IMG/VR virus record: IMGVR_UViG_3300028601_000785
Length of the DNA: 31,480 nt
Direction: 5' to 3' (one strand)
DNA from: a virus
Below the pieces are notes generated by a model. The model was not told the DNA's origin. It saw only the letters and a list, made by a program, of their open reading frames with translations, and did not search any database. This document shows, one piece after another, positions 8,051 through 14,553 of the stretch. A program made the translations under genes and the position numbers. Within the stretch, counting starts at the first letter, position 1. The number at the start of each line of letters is the position of its first letter.

Positions 8051-8070
8051 GGTGAGTAAAAAAAGGTTTG

Positions 8071-8379
8071 TTATGTTTTGACAGACACATTGGGTGGGGG
8101 GGTAATCAGCAGAGGGAGGATTAAAGTCTCTAACCGTTCCGCATACGTGGGGGAGACCCCGGCATATTTGACAAGAGCACCGGCTACATCACTTGGAATT
8201 ATTTCAATGTGTTTATTCATAATATCTGCAATAAAAAGTACAAACTCGTCTTCGGGCATCGTTTCTGAAATAGAGATGTCTTCAATTACGATCCCGCTTT
8301 CGGATAGATCCGCATCTACACTCAGGGCATAAACGAGATTTGCCCCACAGTTTAAACAAACACCATATGTATACATCAC
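8071..8379 (-). CDS. Zn-ribbon (CLNC) protein
   Basis: CLNCG motif; RBS GGTGA upstream. Confidence 0.65.
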   Translation of the reverse strand: MMYTYGVCLNCGANLVYALSVDADLSESGIVIEDISISETMPEDEFVLFIADIMNKHIEIIPSDVAGALVKYAGVSPTYAERLETLILPLLITPPPNVSVKT

Positions 8380-8512
8380 TAATCACCAATTCCGTGTCTT
8401 AATAAAACCCATCAAGGGTACTATAATATGTGATATATACATTTCGAAAAAATTATTCAAACCGCTCTTTTCTATTTTTTGATGGTGTGCCTGGAAAAAG
8501 GATAGTGTTGTC

Positions 8513-8869
8513 CTAGTGTGCCTCGTCTGGGGATTCCACAGAGAGCAATCCTGGGCGAGCTGTTATTTTTTCATATGCCTGTCGTCCCTCTTGTGTTTGG
8601 AGCATCAGTGCTAAGATATCAAGAGGTGATTCTGGGGCCGTTTGCGGTGCGATTTCTCTGATAGGTGGTTTAGAGGTACGCATGGTTTCTTCTCTTCCTT
8701 CCATACGGCCCTTTAGTTCTGCAAGCGCCACGGCCATAACATTTGACTGCGAATTAAACTGTTTTGATTTTGAGGTCTTTTTGAGCCATTCAAAAAGATA
8801 CAGGGGCAAAGACACTGACGTTTTGACCGCACCCCCCTGTTCTTCGGGTTCTAATTGTTCGTCTGACAT
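8513..8869 (-). CDS. RHH repressor-like protein (start placed at ATG 8869; track ORF extends to 8929)
   Basis: KTSVSLPLYLFEWLKKT..FNSQSNVMAVALAEL is an RHH strand-helix-helix pattern; divergent from ORF 9066. Confidence 0.7.
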   Translation of the reverse strand: MSDEQLEPEEQGGAVKTSVSLPLYLFEWLKKTSKSKQFNSQSNVMAVALAELKGRMEGREETMRTSKPPIREIAPQTAPESPLDILALMLQTQEGRQAYEKITARPGLLSVESPDEAH

Positions 8870-8929
8870 TGGTATATACAAGCCCACGCCCCTATTTATT
8901 TGTTTTTTGATACCGCGATATAGGTACAA

Positions 8930-9065
8930 TATACTGATATATGATGCGTATTGCTACTATTCGCAGCATATTGATGCGATTTGATGCAAAATACTACTAA
9001 ACGGGTAAGTTTATATACCTCCACTACCTATCTAGTAGTAGTTACTAATTGCGGGTAGTAGAAAA
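8930..9065. promoter_or_regulatory. Divergent promoter/operator region
   Basis: TTTATATA at 9010-9017; TGATGC at 8942, 8972 and 8982; CTACTA at 8954 and 8994; inverted TAGTAG copies around 9033-9041 and 9056-9061. Confidence 0.6.
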
Positions 9066-9221
9066 ATGGACAAGGATCTAACACAAAAACAAAATGCAGA
9101 TCTTGAGAGGCTAATCCCAAAAGAAGATTATGGATCTTTCGCGGAGGCAAAAAGAGCCGCCGTGAAGGAAGGGCTCAGAGTATTGCTAAAACGAAATAAA
9201 ATGGAGCCAACCGGAGATTAA
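9066..9221 (+). CDS. Small RHH-like regulator (51 aa, MDKDLTQKQNADLERLIPKEDYGSFAEAKRAAVKEGL...)
   Basis: Hand translation. The L..LI...YGSFAEA.R.AV helix pattern is typical of CopG-like proteins; first gene after the TATA at 9010. Confidence 0.6.
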   Translation: MDKDLTQKQNADLERLIPKEDYGSFAEAKRAAVKEGLRVLLKRNKMEPTGD

Positions 9222-9224
9222 AAC

Positions 9225-9449
9225 ATGAAAATAGAAGTCGCAGCAAAGAACGCAGAACAAGCAATTGATTTTGCAAGAACTGAACTCGGCATAAAGGGCC
9301 AAATCCACTTAAGCAGAGTCGGAGAAGGAAAGGAATGGCACGGCGACCTGTTGCCGGTAAAGGCTGACAGGGGAGAGCCTAGACATGTGTATAGTATTCG
9401 GGTAGAACCTCACGATGGGCTCGTAGATAATGGATTATATGTGCTGTGA
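9225..9449 (+). CDS. Small hypothetical protein
   Basis: RBS GGAGA upstream; 3 nt after the previous stop. Confidence 0.6.
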   Translation: MKIEVAAKNAEQAIDFARTELGIKGQIHLSRVGEGKEWHGDLLPVKADRGEPRHVYSIRVEPHDGLVDNGLYVL

Positions 9450-9478
9450 GGGAGGACAAAAACATATTTTTTCAACGT

Positions 9479-9530
9479 GCTACTGAGAATGGGGACTCAC
9501 ATTCCCTCCGGTGAAAGTCCGCCAGTGGCA
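9479..9530 (+). ncRNA. Miniature tRNA-shaped three-way junction (52 nt)
   Basis: 7-bp closing stem GCTACTG/CAGTGGC plus an unpaired A; hairpin GAATG/CATTC with a GG-containing loop; hairpin CGG-TGAAAGT-CCG with a T-loop-like loop. Confidence 0.35.
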
Positions 9531-9544
9531 AATTCCTAATAAAC

Positions 9545-9568
9545 CCCCCTGATGTCAGACCCAGGGGG
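9545..9568 (+). other. GC-rich hairpin CCCCCTG-N10-CAGGGGG
   Basis: Perfect 7-bp stem between the two tRNA-like elements. Confidence 0.6.
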
Positions 9569-9580
9569 CAACTCCCAATT

Positions 9581-9698
9581 GGCGCGATCAAGACGGTGAC
9601 ACAGCATTTTTCACCCCAACTCGACCTACCACCTCAAAATCCCCCTACAAAAAACGGTTCTTCCTCTGCTGTGAAGGGTTCAAACCCCTTTCGTGCCG
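9581..9698 (+). ncRNA. tRNA-like RNA with tmRNA-TLD topology and a 60-nt C/A-rich loop
   Basis: Acceptor stem GGCGCGA(9581-87)/TCGTGCC(9691-97) plus G; U8; stemless 12-nt D loop containing GG; 7-bp helix CACAGCA(9600-06)/TGCTGTG(9667-73); T arm AAGGG-TTCAAAC-CCCTT(9674-90). Confidence 0.7.
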
Positions 9699-9714
9699 TC
9701 CCCCGTGTGGGGGA
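9699..9714 (+). other. Hairpin TCCCCC-GTGT-GGGGGA directly 3' of the tRNA-like RNA
   Basis: Perfect 6-bp stem. Confidence 0.6.
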
Positions 9715-9730
9715 ATCTGTCATGAAATAC

Positions 9731-10025
9731 AAAACGGAATACTAAAAAACGGATTAAAAAACGCGCAGAAAATAAAATATGTTCAAAATAGCAATCCGGT
9801 ATAATTGAAAAACGGAATTTGAGTACGAACGAAAAACGGATTCCCAGACATAAAAAACGGATGTATTCTTAATTTTCAAAATCGCTCCGGAGAGGTCCGG
9901 GGCACACCTTACTCCTATGGTGTAGTGGTCAACCATTCGGGCCTTTGGAGCCCGAGACTCAGGTTCGAATCCTGATAGGAGTTTTTGCCCATGCCGGAAA
10001 TAAACAATGGGCTTGTAAAAACGGA
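9731..10025 (+). repeat. Six copies of AAAACGGA (9731, 9746, 9809, 9833, 9854, 10018)
   Basis: Counted by eye; all in the same orientation, irregularly spaced, flanking tRNA-Gln. Confidence 0.8.
9911..9983 (+). tRNA. tRNA-Gln(UUG), archaeal type, no intron, CCA not encoded
   Basis: Acceptor ACTCCTA/TAGGAGT (A1-U72); anticodon arm CGGGC-CTTTGGA-GCCCG with TTG at 9945-47; T arm TCAGG-TTCGAAT-CCTGA; followed by a T run. Confidence 0.93.
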
Positions 10026-10053
10026 TTTTTATATTAATGGGAGTTGAATTTTA

Positions 10054-10431
10054 ATGAATATTGAAAAGAGTTTAACAGAGTTTCCAGATGCGCCTGTGAA
10101 AACCTATGCAATTGAAAAGGATATCATAGCCGTTATTGAAAAGAGATTAATGCAGTTTGACGACCATGTAGAAGACCTTGAAGCCAGAAAAAGAAGAATT
10201 GAAAACGCTCTGAGAATGGATGTAGAAATACGGGCTGAAGATAAGGCTTCTGGGCTCACAAACGAGAAAAAGCGACAGATTGCCTATGAAGAACTTGCAG
10301 ATTGCAATGACGAGCTTCAGGGGCTTATTGTAGAGATCCGAGACACCCGGAGAGAACAGAAGAAGCTCAGGATAGAACTCGGGAATGAGCAGAGAGCTTA
10401 TGCTCTGAAAGTTGCAGGGGTGGGACTATGA
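10054..10431 (+). CDS. Coiled-coil hypothetical protein
   Basis: Long E/K/R-rich heptads; ATGA overlap with the next gene. Confidence 0.75.
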   Translation: MNIEKSLTEFPDAPVKTYAIEKDIIAVIEKRLMQFDDHVEDLEARKRRIENALRMDVEIRAEDKASGLTNEKKRQIAYEELADCNDELQGLIVEIRDTRREQKKLRIELGNEQRAYALKVAGVGL

Positions 10432-11849
10432 GTAAACGTGACCCTCTCGCAGACCTCTCAAGACTCTATCCTCAGCTTAAAATTAATGCTTCCAAGTTGT
10501 CAGGGGTGTTTCCCTTGCCAGAAACTGACTTAGAAATTAAGGTTGAAACCACAAAGGACCCGAAAACATGGAAGGCCTTTGATAAGAAAAGCGGGAGTAT
10601 GCTGACAGTTGAAGATGTCCACGGGGCTGCAAAACTCGAACTTGCCAAGTTTATTTGTGATTATACGGAAATTGTAATTCCAGAACTCAAAAAAGATCCT
10701 CTTGATAACTTGAAAGCTGGGGGATTTGAGATTGCAGGAGAGGCACAGGAAAGCCCGGTTGAAGTTCCTGCGGTGGAAGTCCCTAAAGAAGAGGAGATCG
10801 TTGAACCTGGGAAGGTAGACGAAGCCGAGATAAAGGCCAGAGAAGAACGGGAAGAAAATGAGAGGAAACTGGCCGAAGCAGAAGAACGAAAAATAATTGA
10901 GATGGAGAGACGGGAAAAGGTTAAAGAGATGCCCGAACCTCAGAAAATAAATGAATGGAAACAGGGTGGATACGTTGGGAAAATCCACGAAATCGGTTTT
11001 GAAGAAGTTGGACCTGTGCGACCTAACCCAGTAGAGAGACCAAGGCGGACTATTCGTGGGCTCACCCCCAGGCTTGCCGAGTGTGGGAAAATAAAGATCG
11101 GTAGAAAAGGCGAAATGAAAACATCCGCGAGGGGGAACCAGTTCAGACCTCCTGAGAAGATAGACCATTTCCTTATCACAACAATGGATAAAGTGAATGA
11201 TGACTTCGCGCCGGATACTTACATAATGAAACAATTAGGGGAAAACTGCCGTGAAATCCCTGTGAGACTTCCTTACGATGACCCGTCCTTGAACTTCCCT
11301 ACATCATATGCTTATTATGATAGTGCAGCGTGCAAGTGCCGAGGAGATGGGTTCATTGCTCTGAACTCAGAAGGTGCATCTATCGAATGTAACCCAGAAA
11401 CGTGCCCCAATATAAAAGATAAAAAATGTAAACCGAATGGGGTTTTGTCTCTCATTCTTGATGATGCTCCGAGGGTTGGCGGGGTATATAAATTCAGGAC
11501 AACCGGATGGAATTCTATCAATAATATATTCTCATCAATGGAATTCATCAGAGGCCTTACAAACGGACTTCTTGCAGGGCTGCCCCTTATGCTTACCCTG
11601 ACCCCAAAACACACTGTTATTCCAGGCACAAAGACCAGCACAACGATTTACATGGTCAATTTGGAGTACCGGGGATCTTTACAGGATATGGTCAATGCTA
11701 TTCAGCAAACCATGAATACCAGAGCTTTGATGCAGTATTCCGTAAGGGATTTTGAGAAACTGGCTGAGGAATCACTCTCATTACCTGAAGCACCGGAAGA
11801 ATGTAAAGCAATTGTAGAAGAGTTTTATCCAGAGACGGTGAGAGCATGA
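10428..11849 (+). CDS. Gp3-like recombination directionality factor domain (PF18897-like) with a long acidic N-terminal extension
   Basis: C-terminal half GKIKIG...P.K.DHF...EIPV.L...C.GDG...C...CP...CK..G.L...GG.Y.FRT.GWNS matches my recollection of the phiC31/phiBT1 gp3-like family. Confidence 0.65.
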   Translation: MSKRDPLADLSRLYPQLKINASKLSGVFPLPETDLEIKVETTKDPKTWKAFDKKSGSMLTVEDVHGAAKLELAKFICDYTEIVIPELKKDPLDNLKAGGFEIAGEAQESPVEVPAVEVPKEEEIVEPGKVDEAEIKAREEREENERKLAEAEERKIIEMERREKVKEMPEPQKINEWKQGGYVGKIHEIGFEEVGPVRPNPVERPRRTIRGLTPRLAECGKIKIGRKGEMKTSARGNQFRPPEKIDHFLITTMDKVNDDFAPDTYIMKQLGENCREIPVRLPYDDPSLNFPTSYAYYDSAACKCRGDGFIALNSEGASIECNPETCPNIKDKKCKPNGVLSLILDDAPRVGGVYKFRTTGWNSINNIFSSMEFIRGLTNGLLAGLPLMLTLTPKHTVIPGTKTSTTIYMVNLEYRGSLQDMVNAIQQTMNTRALMQYSVRDFEKLAEESLSLPEAPEECKAIVEEFYPETVRA

Positions 11850-11944
11850 CCCCTGATCAGATCACCATCTCTCTGGTTATCCTTTTTTGGAGTCTCGTAG
11901 GATTAGTATACCTCACCAGAAAACCAAAGCAGGTGAGAAGATGA
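11846..11944 (+). CDS. 32-aa single-TM peptide (MTPDQITISLVILFWSLVGLVYLTRKPKQVRR)
   Basis: Hand translation; ATGA overlap with the RDF-like gene; hydrophobic helix plus basic tail. Confidence 0.5.
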   Translation: MTPDQITISLVILFWSLVGLVYLTRKPKQVRR

Positions 11945-11998
11945 GTGGAACCCTGAAAAGATTGCTCAGATCCGGGCAGGATTCAACTCATACCGTTA

Positions 11999-12388
11999 TT
12001 GCGCCTTCTACTAATTCAAGTTATTGTGTGGGGGTGTTTTAATTTGCTTGAAATGACTGAAGTGCAAGATGGGTTGTTATCATCTCCCAAAAAAGAAATT
12101 ATGAAAGCCCGCTGCCCGGAATTATTCCCCGAGCAAATACAGGAATATTTCAATGATAAAAATAAAATTCGGTTGAATAAAATCGAAATTGGAATTGAAA
12201 GAGTTATAGTTAAAGATGAAGATAAGAAAGCCGTGTTCGATGCTGATTTTTTTACATATTTGAAGACGTTGGGGAAAATTGAGTATTATTTATCAAATGT
12301 GAGATTGCCGTGTGATGAAGGGGATTATTATCCACTGCTTGCGAAATATAAGTATGGGTGGGTAATAATCAGCCCACTGGAGGCGTAA
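11999..12388 (+). CDS. Hypothetical protein (start probably at MTEVQD)
   Basis: Coding-like composition in a co-directional cluster. Confidence 0.6.
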   Translation: MRLLLIQVIVWGCFNLLEMTEVQDGLLSSPKKEIMKARCPELFPEQIQEYFNDKNKIRLNKIEIGIERVIVKDEDKKAVFDADFFTYLKTLGKIEYYLSNVRLPCDEGDYYPLLAKYKYGWVIISPLEA

Positions 12389-12618
12389 GAGATGCCGTTC
12401 TCGAGACTCCTAATCATTGGTTTGTTTTTTCTTTTTTTGATTACATGGGCCGGGGTGGAACTGTGACCCGCAAAAAACAAACTCTGTATTACACTCCACT
12501 CGAAATGCGCGAGTGTAAGAAATGCGGAAAACGATTTCCGGCAAATGGACAGTCGAAATATTGCAAAGATTGTGAGAAGATGTTGAGAAATTCAAGTGTG
12601 TGTATGGGGGCCTGCTGA
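12358..12618 (+). CDS. Zn-finger protein (CKKC...YCKDC)
   Basis: C-x2-C-x12-C-x2-C near the C-terminus. Confidence 0.55.
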   Translation: MGNNQPTGGVRDAVLETPNHWFVFSFFDYMGRGGTVTRKKQTLYYTPLEMRECKKCGKRFPANGQSKYCKDCEKMLRNSSVCMGAC

Positions 12619-12773
12619 TGTTAGTTAGAGAATTGATAAATGCAAATCGAAGGGCTGTAAATGAGATCAAGAACTATCCCTATCAAAAACATTCAAATTT
12701 ATTTTTTGAAGGGTTGTTCACTTCTGCGTGGATTGCTGAGCCTGCCAGGATGTATGTAGAGGAGGCGGATTAA
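12618..12773 (+). CDS. Small hypothetical protein (51 aa, MLVRELINANRR...)
   Basis: Hand translation; TGATG overlap upstream and abuts the ATG at 12774. Confidence 0.5.
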   Translation: MLVRELINANRRAVNEIKNYPYQKHSNLFFEGLFTSAWIAEPARMYVEEAD

Positions 12774-13019
12774 ATGCCAGCGTATACTGAAAATCCCCCT
12801 GAAGAATCATTTGATTATCTCCAGAAGGTAGCTGAAGAACACAAATGTTTACTGTCATATAATAAGAACCTGCCGAAGATCCTGCGAATGAACGAGAAGG
12901 GCGAGAACGGGGTTTTAGCTTGTCTTTGTAAGATTAATACTCAGTGCCCTTGTAATGAGCTTGATGAGGATCTGAAGACTGAGGGGAAGTGTTATTGTGG
13001 GATATTTTGGGGGCTCTGA
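12774..13019 (+). CDS. Ferredoxin-thioredoxin reductase catalytic-subunit-like protein (4Fe-4S/disulfide)
   Basis: CLC-x5-CPC-x12-CYC-GIF corresponds to the three CxC motifs of FTR-c; RBS GGAGG upstream. Confidence 0.75.
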   Translation: MPAYTENPPEESFDYLQKVAEEHKCLLSYNKNLPKILRMNEKGENGVLACLCKINTQCPCNELDEDLKTEGKCYCGIFWGL

Positions 13020-13021
13020 TA

Positions 13022-13750
13022 ATGTTAACCCCCATTAAATTATTTTCCTCTGATGACATTGATAAGCTCAATGAAGATCTTTGGAGAACCATATACCAAA
13101 AGGGAAACCCCCTGAAATTTGGGAGTATAGAAGAGTCTAAAGATGCAAGAGAGATCTTCTCAGTGGTTCAGCTATACGGCAGGGCCCTTGATAGATTATA
13201 CCGTGGCGAGCTTCCTAAAGGGTGGATGTTTGGGAAAGAAGCTAATAAGGTATATATCGAGATGCTGAAAGATCCAGATAGGGGAGAGCAGCCTTATACT
13301 TATGGAGAGAGACTCCACAATTACAGAGTTTGGAGCGAGATCTCGGAATGGGTATCTTATATTGATCAAATGGACGAATGTAAAATAGAACTAGAAGAGG
13401 CTATAAAATCTGGAATTCAAAATAACAGAATATGTGGGGTCATTTGGAATCCACTAGATATTTTCTTAAAAAACCCCCCTTGTTATAATTGGTTCCAGCT
13501 TAGAACATCAGAAGGAAATAAAGTATCTCTCCGCGTTTTATTCCGTTCACATGATTATGGAAATGCCAACTTTGCTAATTTTGGAGCAATTATCCGAGCG
13601 TTTCAGGACGAAGTTATCCGGCCAGCCGGGGGAATACTCGAAGAGTTAATTTGTGTGTCTACTTCTGCGCATTTGTATAATAATGATTTGGACATGGTTG
13701 AAAATCTCGTTGGGAAAGTGCCAGAATCCATGCGGAGGCTCTTAAAATGA
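13022..13750 (+). CDS. thyA: Thymidylate synthase, archaeal type (track ORF starts at 12989)
   Basis: YTYGERL, WNP, catalytic PPC, FRSHD...N (Asn at the dUMP-specificity position), SAHLY. Confidence 0.85.
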   Translation: MLTPIKLFSSDDIDKLNEDLWRTIYQKGNPLKFGSIEESKDAREIFSVVQLYGRALDRLYRGELPKGWMFGKEANKVYIEMLKDPDRGEQPYTYGERLHNYRVWSEISEWVSYIDQMDECKIELEEAIKSGIQNNRICGVIWNPLDIFLKNPPCYNWFQLRTSEGNKVSLRVLFRSHDYGNANFANFGAIIRAFQDEVIRPAGGILEELICVSTSAHLYNNDLDMVENLVGKVPESMRRLLK

Positions 13751-14271
13751 TTATCGCCGTTGAAGGCCCGGATAAATTCGGTAAAAGTACAATTTGTGCC
13801 CTCCTTTCCAAAAAATTAAACGCCACCCTAATTAAATTCCCAAATGAAAATTTTGAATCCGGAAAGACCCTCCGGGATATCCTAAACAAAAAACTTCCAT
13901 TCGAGCCGATGTCATTTCAGGCTCTCCAGATAGTCAACCGGCTTGAGACCTATGAAACGCTTGATCCTAGAAAAACATACGTCTGTGACCGGGGGAAACT
14001 CTCTGGCATCGTTTATGCGCTTGCTGATGGGCTTCCTGAAGAATGGGTCAGGAAAACTGCGGATTATCTGCCTGATCCTGATGTTACTGTCTTAATCATG
14101 GGCAGACCATACGGGCGGGATTCTGATATTTATTCAGGTGTTGAGTATCAAAAGACGATTCGGGAGCTGTATAGAGTAGAAGGGAAGAACGCAGGCGGGA
14201 AGGTTGTTTATGTCTGCAATCAGGGATCAATTGGGGATGTGTTTGAACGTGTTCTCCGGAGGGTTGTTTAA
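13747..14271 (+). CDS. tmk: Thymidylate (dTMP) kinase
   Basis: P-loop EGPDKFGKST, KFP, CDR..S..VY, PDPD; ATGA overlap with thyA. Confidence 0.85.
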   Translation: MIIAVEGPDKFGKSTICALLSKKLNATLIKFPNENFESGKTLRDILNKKLPFEPMSFQALQIVNRLETYETLDPRKTYVCDRGKLSGIVYALADGLPEEWVRKTADYLPDPDVTVLIMGRPYGRDSDIYSGVEYQKTIRELYRVEGKNAGGKVVYVCNQGSIGDVFERVLRRVV

Positions 14272-14553
14272 TTGCCTCGTGTTGATTACTCCCAGGTTCT
14301 CCCCTGTGAAGGTCCGGAGCGGGGCAGGTATTGGACTAAAAAAACAATCATATTTGCTCCTGAACGATACCGGGAATTTGATCGAGAGTCTGAAAAGTGG
14401 ATTCCAGCGGAATATCTGAATACCAAACGGAAAGCTCAGAAGGGTACGGCACGCGCTTACAATAAGGGATCTAAGGCGTTAGTCGCTCGCCGGACGGCAA
14501 CCGGCACATGGTGTATAATTTGTATCAAGGAGGCTGTGCACTTTGCCTCCTAA
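14272..14553 (+). CDS. Basic hypothetical protein with a C-terminal CxxC
   Basis: Abuts tmk; WCIIC motif. Confidence 0.55.
   Translation: MPRVDYSQVLPCEGPERGRYWTKKTIIFAPERYREFDRESEKWIPAEYLNTKRKAQKGTARAYNKGSKALVARRTATGTWCIICIKEAVHFAS

Noticed and set aside
7509-8515. Amber readthrough at the other TAG stops (7509, 8513; also 30710)
   Set aside because: Each is followed by another in-frame stop within a few to about 14 codons, with no downstream domain to join, unlike the TAG at 2305.
9581-9698. A true tmRNA, or a tRNA with a canonical intron
   Set aside because: There is no G3-U70 pair, no stop codon in the loop to end a tag frame, and no SmpB in archaea. As a tRNA it lacks a D stem, U33/purine-37 and a variable loop, and I see no bulge-helix-bulge motif.
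9754-9936. Minus-strand 60-aa ORF across the repeat tract and tRNA
   Set aside because: It overlaps the tRNA-Gln antisense and is a by-product of the low-complexity AAAACGGA tract.
9911-9983. tRNA-Gln as a provirus attachment (attL/attR) boundary
   Set aside because: Both flanks look viral, no duplicated 3' tRNA fragment occurs elsewhere in the window, and no integrase is adjacent.
9731-10025. CRISPR or mini-CRISPR array
   Set aside because: The repeat unit is only 8 bp with irregular spacing, has no ATTGAAAC-type end, and there are no cas genes. The 20-bp repeat at 4440/4719 encloses a 259-bp gene-containing interval, not a spacer.
12989-14271. Hypermodified-base pathway (dCMP or dUMP hydroxymethylase plus dNMP kinase)
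   Set aside because: The synthase has Asn at the dUMP-specificity position and archaeal ThyA-type motifs, the kinase is canonical Tmk-type, and no glycosyltransferase or base-modifying genes are visible. A dUMP hydroxymethylase cannot be fully excluded without a phylogeny.
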